Below, one piece after another: positions 1 to 10,300 of a stretch of 64,000 nt of DNA (within the stretch, counting starts at the first letter, position 1; each line of letters opens with the position of its first letter). The position numbers and the translations under genes were made by a program. This DNA is from Myxococcota bacterium (GTDB taxonomy: Bacteria; Myxococcota_A; UBA9160; UBA6930), in assembly GCA_965223415.1 (NCBI GenBank), contig OZ245002.1:832001-896000 (forward strand), read 5' to 3'. The notes below the pieces were generated by a model that ran no database searches, was not told the origin of the DNA, and saw only the letters and a list, made by a program, of their open reading frames with translations.

Positions 1-1159
1 GCCACACGGCCACGGTTGGGTCGCTGCAGTCGTTCTCGTCGACGCTGTCGACAGTGAAGGTCTGCGCCCCGGCTGCTGCCTGGCTGTCCCGCCAGGCGAG
101 GGCCTGGTCGCGCATCGAGAGCATCTCGAAGGTGAGAGAGTGGTCGCTCATCACCTGGAAATCGAAGGCCAGGATCAGGCTCTGGCGATGGACGCCAACC
201 TGGGAGAGGCGCTGCAGAACCGGCTCCAGCTGGTCGCGGCGGGCCTCGACGGCGGGCAGGTCGGAAGGCGTGCCGTCGCGGATGGCCTCGAACACCGGCT
301 CCGGCGGCACGGGGACGCCCTGGCCGTCCACCAGGCCGCGAACGGCCACGATGTAGCGATGGCCGGGTTCCAGGCTGCGGCCCGGGCGCAGGAACGTGAC
401 GGTCCGCTCGGGATCCGTCGCGTTGACGTCGTTCTCGATCCAGTGGATGACCCGCTCGCCCGTGTTCCAGTCGATCAGCACGGTCGGACTGGTCGACGCG
501 GTGCCGCTCTCGTCGTAGGTACGGGTGGCGGGGAGGATGCGCGGCGCGCCGGAGAGCGCGGGATCCGGGATCGCCTCGAAGTGCATGACCACCTGGGCCG
601 TCGGGCTGAAGCCGTCGTTCTGGAGGAAGGGCGCTGGCGAGATCGGTCCGGAGACGATCCCCACGCCGGGCACGATGCGATCGGCATTCGGTAGGGTGTT
701 CGGCCCGTAGGCGATGCGCACGCCGGTGGGCGTCGGCGCTGGCTCCTCGAAGCGCGAGGAGGGGAAGGGCAGCACGCACTCGGCCTGGTTCAGGATGTCG
801 CACTCGTCCGGGTTGGCGAGCGCGACCAGGGTGAAGTCGGTCTGGACCGTGCGCAGGTCGCCGGCCTGCACCTCGGCCTCCAGCACGTGTTCGCCTTCCG
901 GCACCGCGGGCAGCGTCCCCACCACCAGGCCACCGAGAACCGAGTACGCCGCCGGCGCCACCACCTGACCATCGAGACGGATCACCACCGTCGTGGTGTT
1001 CGCGCTGATCGGCAGCTGCAGCTCGAAGTCCACGTCTCCGGGCGCCGAGAGGAAGCCGGCCACCGGGCTCGTGAAGCGGAGCTGCTGGGGCAGGCAGCCC
1101 GCCAGGAGCATGCACAGTCCGAGGAGGAGGGCGAAGAGCAGGGGGCCGGCGCGGGTCAT
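1..1159 (-). CDS. Secreted lipoprotein, possibly extracellular lipase/hydrolase-like (N-terminal part; runs off window)
   Basis: ATG at 1159 with GAGGA upstream; MTRAGPLLFALLLGLCMLLAGC lipobox; frame open to position 1; motifs CVLPFPSSRF, NDGFSP, FLRPARSLEPGHRYIVAV. Not in the ORF track. Confidence 0.7.
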   Translation of the reverse strand, partial: MTRAGPLLFALLLGLCMLLAGCLPQQLRFTSPVAGFLSAPGDVDFELQLPISANTTTVVIRLDGQVVAPAAYSVLGGLVVGTLPAVPEGEHVLEAEVQAGDLRTVQTDFTLVALANPDECDILNQAECVLPFPSSRFEEPAPTPTGVRIAYGPNTLPNADRIVPGVGIVSGPISPAPFLQNDGFSPTAQVVMHFEAIPDPALSGAPRILPATRTYDESGTASTSPTVLIDWNTGERVIHWIENDVNATDPERTVTFLRPGRSLEPGHRYIVAVRGLVDGQGVPVPPEPVFEAIRDGTPSDLPAVEARRDQLEPVLQRLSQVGVHRQSLILAFDFQVMSDHSLTFEMLSMRDQALAWRDSQAAAGAQTFTVDSVDENDCSDPTVAVW

Positions 1160-1287
1160 CGACTGTCCTCGATCAGGTGGACCGGCCATCCTACCACTCT
1201 TCCCGACCGAGCGGTCAGCGCATCGTGGGCGGATCCCCACCCCGATGCCCCGTGAGCCTTCGGCTCGGGAGCCGGGCGAAGAATCGA

Positions 1288-2346
1288 TCAGGCAGGAGCT
1301 GGCTCCTGCTGGGTCAGGCAGTGGCAGGCGCCCAGCCCGAGGACGAGCTCCCGGGCGGGGATCGGCGCTAGTCGGCGGTCGGGCAGCACCTCCCGGAGCA
1401 CCGCCAGGGCCCGCTCGTCGCTCGGGACCCCGAAGACCGGCACCAGCGCCACCCCGTTCGCCAGGTAGAAATTGGCGTAGCTGGCCGGGCAGCGGAGTCC
1501 GTCCACGTACACCGGCGGCGGCATGGGCAGCGGCACGACGTCGAGGGGCCGCCCCCGGGCGTCGCGCATCTGCTGGAGGCGCTCGAGGTTCGCCGCCAAG
1601 GGGGCGTGGTTGGCGTCGTGGGGATCCGGCTCCACGGCGGCCACCACGACCAGCTCCGACACGAAGCGGGCGATGTCGTCCACGTGACCGTCGGTGTCGT
1701 CGCCGACGATCCCGTCGCCGAGCCACAGCACCTGCTCCGCACCGAGCCAATCGCGGAGCCGCCGCTCCATGCCTTTGCGGGTGCGCGGCGGCTCCCCCTC
1801 TCTCCGGCGGTTGTCGTTCAGCAAGCAGGAGGCGGTGGTGAGGATCGTGCCAGCGCCGTTGCCGTCGACGGAGCCCGCCTCGAGCACGAAGCCGGCCTCC
1901 AGGCGCGGCACCCGACGCAGCTCCGCGATGTGCGCCGCCACGGCGTCGTCCCGGTCCCACGGCGGGTACTTCCGCCCCCAGGCGTCGAAGCCGAAGTCCA
2001 CCGCCTGGAGACCGCCTCGCCCGTCCTGGAGGAAGACCGGGCCGTGGTCCCGCACCCAGGCGTCGTCGGTGGGCAGGGAGTGGAAGGACACGCCGGCTTC
2101 CGGTCCCAGGGGCTCCAGCAGGCGGGCGACGTGCTCGCGGTGGGGCTCGTCGCGCACGGCGATGCAGACCTCCTCCCGGCCGACCAACGCGCGCACCATC
2201 TCGACGAAGGCCGCTTCCGCCTCGGCCAGGCGGCCGGGCCACGTCTCCCGGTTGTGGGGCCAGGCGAGCCAGGTGGCCCGGTGGGGCTCCCACTCCGCGG
2301 GCCAGCGCAGGCCCTGCTCTCGGGGTGTCGTCGGAGTCTCGGTCAA
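1288..2346 (-). CDS. aguA: Agmatine deiminase
   Basis: WPAEWEPH, DAWVRDHGP, DDTDGHVDD, SYANFY, GACHCLTQQEP motifs; start uncertain (TTG 2346 chosen, ORF extends to 2415); downstream of aguB. Confidence 0.92.
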   Translation of the reverse strand: MTETPTTPREQGLRWPAEWEPHRATWLAWPHNRETWPGRLAEAEAAFVEMVRALVGREEVCIAVRDEPHREHVARLLEPLGPEAGVSFHSLPTDDAWVRDHGPVFLQDGRGGLQAVDFGFDAWGRKYPPWDRDDAVAAHIAELRRVPRLEAGFVLEAGSVDGNGAGTILTTASCLLNDNRRREGEPPRTRKGMERRLRDWLGAEQVLWLGDGIVGDDTDGHVDDIARFVSELVVVAAVEPDPHDANHAPLAANLERLQQMRDARGRPLDVVPLPMPPPVYVDGLRCPASYANFYLANGVALVPVFGVPSDERALAVLREVLPDRRLAPIPARELVLGLGACHCLTQQEPAPA

Positions 2347-2377
2347 TCGCCGGATTACCGTGTCGGGGGAGTGCCGC

Positions 2378-3241
2378 TCAATCCCGGAAGCGGCGGCCGA
2401 GATCGCCGTAGGCATCGACCCGGCGGTCCCGCAGGAAGGGCCACTGGCGACGGGTCTCCTCGACCGCGGCGAGGTCGCAGTCGACGACGAGCAGCTCCGG
2501 TCGGTCGGCGGACGCCCGCGCCAGCACCCGCCCGAAGGGATCGGCGACGAAGGAGTGGCCCCAGAAGCGGATGCCGCCCTCCGGGCCGACCCGGTTCACC
2601 GCCGCCACGAAGACGCCGTTGGCGATGGCGTGGCCCCGCTGCACCGTCTCCCAGGCGTCGTGCTGGGCCCGATCCTCCTCCTCGCTCTCGCCCTTCTGCC
2701 AGCCGATCGCAGTGGGATAGAGGAGCAGCTCGGCACCAGCAGTGGCCGTCAGACGGGCCGCCTCCGGAAACCACTGGTCCCAGCACACCAGGGTGCCGAG
2801 GCGGGCCCGCCGGGTGGAGGCCGCCCGGAACCCCAGGTCCCCGGGCGTGAAGTAGAACTTCTCGTAGTAGAGGGGATCGTCGGGGATGTGCATCTTGCGA
2901 TAGGTCCCCACCTGCCGGCCGGCCTCGTCGAAGGTGACCGCGGTGTTGTGGTAGACCCCCGCTGCCCGGCGCTCGAAGAGTGAGGCGACCAGGGCCACTT
3001 CGTGCCGGGCCGCGGCCTTGGCGAGGGCCTCGCTGCTCGGGCCCGGGATCGGCTCGGCCAGGTCGAAGCGGGCCGGATCCTCGTCCTGGCACGGGTAGGG
3101 GGCCAGAAAGAGCTCCGGGAGGCAGACCACGTGGGCCCCGCCTTCCGCCGCCTCCTCGATGCGGGCCAGGGCCTCCTCGAGGTTTGCCTGCGGCGCTTCG
3201 CCGGGCTGCATCTGCACGAGGGCCAGTCGCAGCGCGTCCAT
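2378..3241 (-). CDS. aguB: N-carbamoylputrescine amidase (carbon-nitrogen hydrolase)
   Basis: Nitrilase triad motifs LPELF, YRKMHIPDDP.YYEKFYF, VCWDQWFPE; adjacent to aguA. Confidence 0.9.
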   Translation of the reverse strand: MDALRLALVQMQPGEAPQANLEEALARIEEAAEGGAHVVCLPELFLAPYPCQDEDPARFDLAEPIPGPSSEALAKAAARHEVALVASLFERRAAGVYHNTAVTFDEAGRQVGTYRKMHIPDDPLYYEKFYFTPGDLGFRAASTRRARLGTLVCWDQWFPEAARLTATAGAELLLYPTAIGWQKGESEEEDRAQHDAWETVQRGHAIANGVFVAAVNRVGPEGGIRFWGHSFVADPFGRVLARASADRPELLVVDCDLAAVEETRRQWPFLRDRRVDAYGDLGRRFRD

Positions 3242-3416
3242 GCGGGCAAGATCGCAGACCGGCTGTGACCGCGCCTGTCATGGTGCGGGAGCAGGCTGGG
3301 GCCATGCAGCGGATCCCCTCCTGGCTCCTCGGCATCCTCCAGACGGGCGCCGTCATGGCGGGAGTCCTCGCCGTCGGCCTCGGCGCGGCGGCCGTGGGCA
3401 GTACACTCGGGCCCCC

Positions 3417-3818
3417 ATGGAAGAGCCCGAGCGCTGGCTCGTCGATGGCTTCAACGTCCTGCACGCGGGGCTCCTCCGCGGCCGCGATCGGGGCCAATGG
3501 TGGGCTGCCAAGGCGCGGGAGCAGCTGCTCAACCGGGTGCGGGGCTTCGACGGCTCCGGCGAGGTCTGGGTGGTGTTCGATGGGCCGGATCCGGCCCAGG
3601 CCGGCGCCGAGCCCGCAGGCGGCCTCGGACCGGCGGTGGTCTTCGCGCCCTCGGCCGACGCCTGGCTCCTGGCGGAGCTCCGCAGGCACCCGGCACCCGG
3701 CCGCCTGGCCGTCGTCACCGCCGACCGCCACCTGGCGGATCGGGCCCGACATCGCGGCGCCCAGGTGAGATCGCCCCGGGAGTTCCTCGCCCGCTGCAGA
3801 GTCCCGGCCACCGACTGA
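3417..3818 (+). CDS. NYN/YacP-like PIN-fold nuclease domain protein
   Basis: WLVDGFNVLH, VVFDG, SADAWL, VVTADRHL motifs; ATG at 3417. Confidence 0.75.
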   Translation: MEEPERWLVDGFNVLHAGLLRGRDRGQWWAAKAREQLLNRVRGFDGSGEVWVVFDGPDPAQAGAEPAGGLGPAVVFAPSADAWLLAELRRHPAPGRLAVVTADRHLADRARHRGAQVRSPREFLARCRVPATD

Positions 3819-4058
3819 ATCGAGGGCACCCGCCCGGGTGTCACCCCGGGGACGAGCCGCGCGCAGATGCCCCCGGAACCCCGCGGAATTTGGCATTCGC
3901 GAGCGGTTCGCGGTAGAACAGTGTGCTCCCGGGACAGGCTCGGGCTCCGGACGAAATCCGGTGGTGTCGGTGTCATGTCCGCGGACGGTCTCACGGGGGG
4001 ATGAGACCTGGCCCGCGGCGCGACGGCGCGCCCCCCCACCTACTGGACGAGGACCGAG

Positions 4059-7000
4059 ATGGCCGAGGCCCAAGAGCCGTCGCAAGGACGTGAATCGGGA
4101 ACCCTGCGCTTCGCGAAGATGATCGTGAAGCACCGCGCGATCGTGGCGTTCCTGCTCATCGCGTCCACGAGCTTCTTCGCGTACCCGATCCTGAACACGG
4201 TGTTGACCGCGCTCGGCTCGCCGCTTCCGGGCCCCACCGTGCGCATCGACACCAATGCCCGGGACCAGTGGCCGGACCATCCCTTCATCCACGCCCAGGA
4301 CAAGTTCGCGGCCAAGTTCGGCTCGGCCACGGCGGTGGCGATCGGCCTGGTGGTCGAAGAAGGCACGATCTTCACCCCGGAGACACTCCAGAAGATCGAC
4401 CGCATCACGAAGAGCCTCGACGGCGTCGAGGCCAGCGAGGAGCTCCTGGCCTTCGACAGCCAGACCGACGCCCGGGACGAGTTGCGCGAGGCGTGGGAGG
4501 AGGAAGCCGGCGACGAGGAGGTCTCGGCCTTCCAGATGATCCGGCGCCTCGACCGGCAATTCCCTCCCTACCCGGTCAACCACGACCAGGTGCGCTCGGT
4601 CAGCCACCGCTCGACCCGGGTGTTCGAGATCCAGCCCGACGGCGCGATCGAGAACCGGCTGCTCATGCCGAAGATCCCGGAGACCCAGGAGCAGGCGGAC
4701 AAGATCCGCGAGCTGGTCCGCCAGAACCCGCCGGTGATCTTCGGCCGCTACGTCTCCTACGACGAGAAGGCCGCGCTGATCACGGCCAACTTCGTCACGG
4801 ATCGGCTCTCGGGCAGCGAGGTGTACCGGGCCGTCTTCGACCACGTCCAGCGCATCAAGGACGTGGAGGAGGACGCGAACCACAAGATCTACATCTCCGG
4901 TGCCCCGGTGTTGGTCGGCTGGATCCTGAAGCACGCCTTCCAGATCGGGCTCTACGTGCTGCTCACGATCGCGATGATCTTCCTGCTGCTGTGGGCCTAC
5001 TTCCGGCGCTGGCACGGCGTCTTCATCCCCTTCATCGCGGCCGTCGCCACGGTGATCTGGGGTCTCGGCTACACCGGCTGGCGGGGCATCACCTTCGACC
5101 CGCTCATCCTCGTGATCCCGATGATCATCACCGCCCGCGCCGTTTCCCACACGGTGCAGATGGCGGAGCGCTTCTTCGAGGACTACGAGATCATGCTCCC
5201 GCGCTACGGCGACCCGGACGAGGCCAAGCGCGAGGTGGCCACGATCGCCATGGGCGAGCTGATCGTGCCCGGCACTCTCGGCATCATCACCGACGTCGCC
5301 GGCCTGCTGGCGATCATGGTGACGACGATCCCACAGATGCGGGACCTGGGTGAGTTCGGCGCCTTCTGGGTGGTCTCGATCATCGTCACGGTGGAGATCC
5401 TCCATCCGATCCTGATCTGCTACATGCCGGCGCCCACCGAGCACGAGCACTTCCTGCCCGAGTTCATGATCCGGTTCACTCGCTTCATCGGGAACACGGC
5501 GACCCACCCGACCTACAAGTACGTGATCGCTGGCGTGACGATCGCGCTCTTCATCTCCTCCACCTGGGTCACCCTCTTCTACTCGAAGATCGGCGAGGCG
5601 AGCCCGGGAACGCCGCTCCTGTGGCCGGACCACCCGTGGAACCAGGCCACGGCGGTGATCGCGAAGAAGTTCGGCGGCGTGGACACCTTCGTGGTCTACG
5701 CCGACGGCGACAAGGAGAACGCCAGCGGCGACGCGCAGCCGATCCAGCGCATGGAGGAGCTCGAGCGCTGGATGTCGGCCAACACCGACCTCGGTGCCAC
5801 GGTCTCGGTGGTGCCCTTCATGAAGGCCTACTGGGGCCAGAACCACTTCGGCGACCCGAAGTGGTCCTACATCCCCGCGGATTCGGGCAGCGTACGCGCC
5901 GCCCTCTTCCAGCTGCGCCAGAGCGGCGCCCCAGGCTTCCTCCGCCCCTTCATGACCGACGACGGGCGCTACGCGAACCTCGCGCTGATCTATCGGGACC
6001 ACAAGGGCGACACGCTGATCAACGTGACCAAGGCGGCGGACGCCTACATCAAGGACAACCCGATCGGCGAGGTCATCGTCCGGCTCGACAAGAACCACGC
6101 CGAGAAGGGCGCCGGCTTCTTCACCAAGGAGAAGATCCTCGACAATTTCTACTACATGCTCGGGCCGCTGCTCCCGGAGCGCAGCCACACGCTGAAGGTC
6201 AAGATCCGCCAGGAGGACGGGCGCTACGAGGACATCGCCGTCAACGAGACGAACGGCGAAGGCAGCATCCCGGACTGGTTCCAGGACTTCCGCGGCGACG
6301 CCATCACCGACTACGAGGACGCCTTCGACGACATCGAGGAGGGCGACGTCTTCACCTGGCCGGAGAGCCTGGCCGAGTGGGACCAGGACGATGTCCAGTG
6401 GTGGTGGGAGAGCGAGGAGTACGGCATCCGCGCCGTGGGTGTGAATACCCGCGACCTGATCGTCCATGACACGAAGGCGGTCGATTCGGTCCCGCGCTAC
6501 CAGCCCACCAACTCCTGGACGCGCGGCATGCAGTTCGTGCTGGCCGGCGGCATCATGGGCATCCTCGCGGCGACGAACGACGAGGTGGAGCGCAGCCACG
6601 TGGCGAACATCGCGCTCATCTTCCTCATCATCTTCGTGCTGCACTCGATCACCTACCAGTCGGTGCCGAGCGGGTTCATCATCCTGCTGCAGATCGCCAC
6701 AGCCACGATGCTCTCGCTCGCCTACATGGCCATCCGGGGGCTGGGGCTGAACATCAACACCCTCCCCGTCCAGTCCGTGGGCGTGGGCATCGGGGTCGAC
6801 TACGCGATCTACATCGTCGACCGCATCCGCCAGGAGGTGGCGGACACCGCCGACATCGACGAGGCGGTGCGGCGAGCGGTGCGGACGACCGGCATGGCGG
6901 TGAGCTTCACCGCCACGACCATCGTGGGCGGCATCGCCATGTGGGCGCTTCCGCGGCCCCTGGGCCCGGACCTGCGTTTCCAGGGCGAGATGGCCCAGCT

Positions 7001-7169
7001 CCTCGTCATCCTGATGGTCATCAACATGCTCGGCGCGATCACGGTCGTGCCCGCCTTCTACTCGATCTTCCGCCCGAAGGTGGCCACCGCGCTGCTGACG
7101 GAGGAGCAGATGGAGGCCCTGCGCATCCAGAAGGAGGCGGAGGTCCGCAAGGGCCTGCGCGACGAGTAG
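4059..7169 (+). CDS. MMPL/RND-superfamily transporter (paralog 1)
   Basis: 1036 aa, two 1+5 TM repeats, GVGIGVDYAIYIVDRIRQE and ITARAVSH motifs; GAGGA upstream. Confidence 0.9.
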   Translation: MAEAQEPSQGRESGTLRFAKMIVKHRAIVAFLLIASTSFFAYPILNTVLTALGSPLPGPTVRIDTNARDQWPDHPFIHAQDKFAAKFGSATAVAIGLVVEEGTIFTPETLQKIDRITKSLDGVEASEELLAFDSQTDARDELREAWEEEAGDEEVSAFQMIRRLDRQFPPYPVNHDQVRSVSHRSTRVFEIQPDGAIENRLLMPKIPETQEQADKIRELVRQNPPVIFGRYVSYDEKAALITANFVTDRLSGSEVYRAVFDHVQRIKDVEEDANHKIYISGAPVLVGWILKHAFQIGLYVLLTIAMIFLLLWAYFRRWHGVFIPFIAAVATVIWGLGYTGWRGITFDPLILVIPMIITARAVSHTVQMAERFFEDYEIMLPRYGDPDEAKREVATIAMGELIVPGTLGIITDVAGLLAIMVTTIPQMRDLGEFGAFWVVSIIVTVEILHPILICYMPAPTEHEHFLPEFMIRFTRFIGNTATHPTYKYVIAGVTIALFISSTWVTLFYSKIGEASPGTPLLWPDHPWNQATAVIAKKFGGVDTFVVYADGDKENASGDAQPIQRMEELERWMSANTDLGATVSVVPFMKAYWGQNHFGDPKWSYIPADSGSVRAALFQLRQSGAPGFLRPFMTDDGRYANLALIYRDHKGDTLINVTKAADAYIKDNPIGEVIVRLDKNHAEKGAGFFTKEKILDNFYYMLGPLLPERSHTLKVKIRQEDGRYEDIAVNETNGEGSIPDWFQDFRGDAITDYEDAFDDIEEGDVFTWPESLAEWDQDDVQWWWESEEYGIRAVGVNTRDLIVHDTKAVDSVPRYQPTNSWTRGMQFVLAGGIMGILAATNDEVERSHVANIALIFLIIFVLHSITYQSVPSGFIILLQIATATMLSLAYMAIRGLGLNINTLPVQSVGVGIGVDYAIYIVDRIRQEVADTADIDEAVRRAVRTTGMAVSFTATTIVGGIAMWALPRPLGPDLRFQGEMAQLLVILMVINMLGAITVVPAFYSIFRPKVATALLTEEQMEALRIQKEAEVRKGLRDE

Positions 7170-7186
7170 GCCTTCGCCCCCACCGC

Positions 7187-7226
7187 CGAGGGCCCGGCCC
7201 GGAGACGCCTCCGGCCCGGGCCCTCG
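7187..7226 (+). terminator. GC-rich hairpin after MMPL paralog 1
   Basis: CGAGGGCCCGGCCCGGAG-ACGC-CTCCGGCCCGGGCCCTCG, 18-bp stem with 1 mismatch; no U-tract. Confidence 0.45.
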
Positions 7227-7241
7227 TCGTCTCGTGACGGC

Positions 7242-7271
7242 TTGACGGCCGTAGCCGATCCGAAATATCGT
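7242..7271 (+). promoter_or_regulatory. Possible sigma70-type promoter for MMPL paralog 2
   Basis: TTGACG-N18-TATCGT upstream of the 7367 ATG. Confidence 0.35.
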
Positions 7272-7366
7272 GCCGGCGGGTGTCGTCGCCCCGAGGGGTG
7301 GGTCCTCTCGAGGCGCCGGAGGGCTGCGTGAGCCCCCACCCGACCGAGGGAGGTGGCAAGACCGCC

Positions 7367-10300
7367 ATGGCCGAGCATCCGGGGCAACACCAGATCCGCG
7401 AGACCGCGACTCTCCGCTTTGCGCGGTGGACCGTTCGGAATCGATTCTTCGTCGCCCTCGGGCTGATCCTGGCGACGCTCTTCTTCCTCTACCCGACCGT
7501 CAACGCGGTCTCTTCCAACTTCGGGTACGAGCTGAAGGGACCGATGGTGCGGGTCGACGCCAGCGCCCGGGCCCAGTGGCCGGACCATCCCTTCATCCAC
7601 GCCCAGGACAAGTTCGCCAAGACCTTCGGCTCGGCCTCCCTCGTCGCGGTGGCGGTGGTGGTGAAGGAGGGGACGATCTTCACGCCGGAGACGCTGCAGA
7701 AGCTCTCGCGCATCACCCACCGCCTCGACGGCGAGGGCTACGACAGCCGCACCGACGAGCGGGACGCCTACCGGGACGAAATCGAGGAGAACCTCCCGGA
7801 AGACGAGGAGATCAACACCTTCGAGCTGATCAAGCAGCTCGACCGGAAGTTCCCGCCGTACCCCGTGAACCACGACCGGGTCCAGGCGCTCACCCACGGC
7901 TCCACCCGGGTCGTCACGATCGAGCCCGACGGCGCGATCACGTCCGAGGTGCTGGTCGACAAGGTCCCCGAGACCCAGGAAGACGCGGACGAGATCCGCG
8001 AGAAGGTGCGGCAGAACCCGCCCTTCATCTTCGGGCGCCTCGTCTCCTACGACGAGAAGGGCGCGTTCATCGCCGCGAACTTCATCAACGATCGCCTCTC
8101 GGGCCGCGAGGTCTTCATGGCGGTCTTCAACCACGTCCAGAAGATCAAGAACGGCTGGAAGTGCGGCGAGGCCGAGATCGCCAAGGGCATGGAGTGCGCC
8201 GAGGGCGAGTGGATCTGGGAGCCGGAAGAGGACGAGAACCACCACATCTACCTGTCCGGCGAGCCGATGGCAACGGGCTGGATCATCACCCACGCCTTCG
8301 AGATCGTTCAGTACGTCATCCTCACGATCCTGCTGACCTTCCTGCTCCTGCTGATCTACTTCCGGCGGCTGCACGGCGTCCTGATTCCCTTCATCGCGGC
8401 GATGGCCACGGCGGTCTGGGGCCTGGGCTTCACCGGCTGGATGGGGATCACCTTCGATCCGCTCGTCCTGGTGATCCCGATGATCATCACGGCGCGCGCG
8501 GTCTCCCATACGGTGCAGATGGCCGAGCGCTTCTTCGAGGACTTCGAGGTCGTCATGCCCCAGGTGGGCAACGACCCGGAGCGGGCGAAGATCGAAGCCG
8601 CCACCGTCGCGATGGGCGAGCTGATCGTGCCGGGAACCCTCGGCATCGTGACCGACTTCCTCGGCCTGCTCGTCATCCTCATCACCTCGATCCCGCAGAT
8701 GCGCGATCTGGCGGTGTTCGGCGCCTTCTGGGTGTTCACCATCCTCTTCACGGTGGAGATCCTCCACCCCGTGATGATCTGCTACATGGCGCCGCCACAC
8801 GATTCCGAGCACTACCTGCCCAGCTTCATGATCCGGCTGATGCGGGCGATCGGGAACTTCGTCACGGGCCCGGTCACCAAGTACATGGTCGCGGGCGTGG
8901 CGGTCGGCCTCCTGGTCGGCTCCTCCTACATCGCCTTCACCCAGAGCAAGATCGGCGAGGCCAGCCCGGGAACACCGCTCCTCTGGCCGGACCACGAGTT
9001 CAACCAGGCGACCGCCGCCATTGCCGAGCACTTCGGCGGGGTCGACTCCTTCGTGATCTACGCGGACGGGGACCGGGACAAGGCCACCGCGGATCCGGAG
9101 CCGATCCAGAAGATGGAGGAGTTCGAGCGCTGGATGGACGCCCACACGGATCTCGGCGCGCCGGTCTCCGTCGTCCCGATCATCCGCGCCTACTGGCAGC
9201 AGAACCACTACGGCGACCCGAAGTGGTATTTCGTCCCCGGTCACCCGGGCACCGTGCGGAACGTCCTCTTCCAGCTGCGCCAGAACGGATCGCCGGGCTT
9301 CCTCCGCCCCTACGCCACCGACGACGACCGCAAGGCGAACATCAGCTTCTTCTATCGGGACCACAAGGGCGATACGGTGTCGGCGGCCGTGATCGCGGCC
9401 AAGGAGTTCATCCGGCAGAACCCGATCGGCGAGGTGAACATCCGCCTCGAGCAGGATCACGCGGAACGGGACGCCACCTTCTTCGACTACGACAAGCTGG
9501 CCGACAACACCTACTACATGATCGGCCCGATGCTCCCGCCGCGGAACCACAGCCTGAAGGTGTCCATCCGCGATTCGGAAGGGAAGTACACCTACATCGA
9601 CGTCCCCAAGGTACAGGGCGAGGCCGAGGTCCCCGAGTGGATCGGGGAGTTCGCCGAGATGTCGATGGACGACTACCTCGACGAGATGGAGTCGGTGGAC
9701 GAGGGCGAGTACTTCGCCTGGCCGGACGACCTCGAGGAGTGGGACGCGTCGAACGTGGACGCGATCTACGAGAACGAAGAGCTCGGCGTCCGCGCCGTGG
9801 CGATGAAGACGAAGAACCTCATCGTCCACGACCTCAAGGCCGTCGACAGCGTGCCGCGTTACCAGCCCACCAACTCCTGGACCCGAGGCGTCCAGTTCGT
9901 GATGGCGGGCGGCGTGATGGGCGTGCTGGCCGCCGTGAACGACGAGGTCGAGCGCGGGCACATCGCGAACATCTCACTGATCCTGCTCGTCATCTACATC
10001 CTCCAGACGCTCACCTACCGCTCGCTCTGGAGCGGCACGATCATCGTCATCCAGCTTGCCACCGCGACGATGCTCTCGCTGGCCTACATGGCGCTGAACG
10101 ACGTGGGCCTCAACATCAACACCCTGCCGGTGCAGTCGGTCGGGGTCGGAATCGGCGTGGACTACGCCATCTACATCGTCGATCGGATACGCCAGGAGGT
10201 CGTCGAGACCCAGGGCGATATCGACGAGGCGGTCAGACGCACGATCAGCACCACCGGCATGGCGGTGAGCTTCACGGCGACGACCATCGTCGGAGGCATC

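Noticed and set aside
3304..3400. Hydrophobic reading frame MQRIPSWLLGILQTGAVMAGVLAVGLG before the NYN gene
   Set aside because: Runs out of frame into the NYN gene with no own stop; cannot be supported as a gene.
3889..3920. Sigma54 promoter (TTGGCA) upstream of MMPL 1
   Set aside because: No TTGC at the required -12 spacing.
2355..9961. Very long minus-strand ORFs (1429 aa, 967 aa) and similar ones at 12169-14289, 27971-30451, 30280-33363, 59088-62852
   Set aside because: Antisense or alternate-frame shadows of real genes, expected at this GC content; no recognisable motifs.
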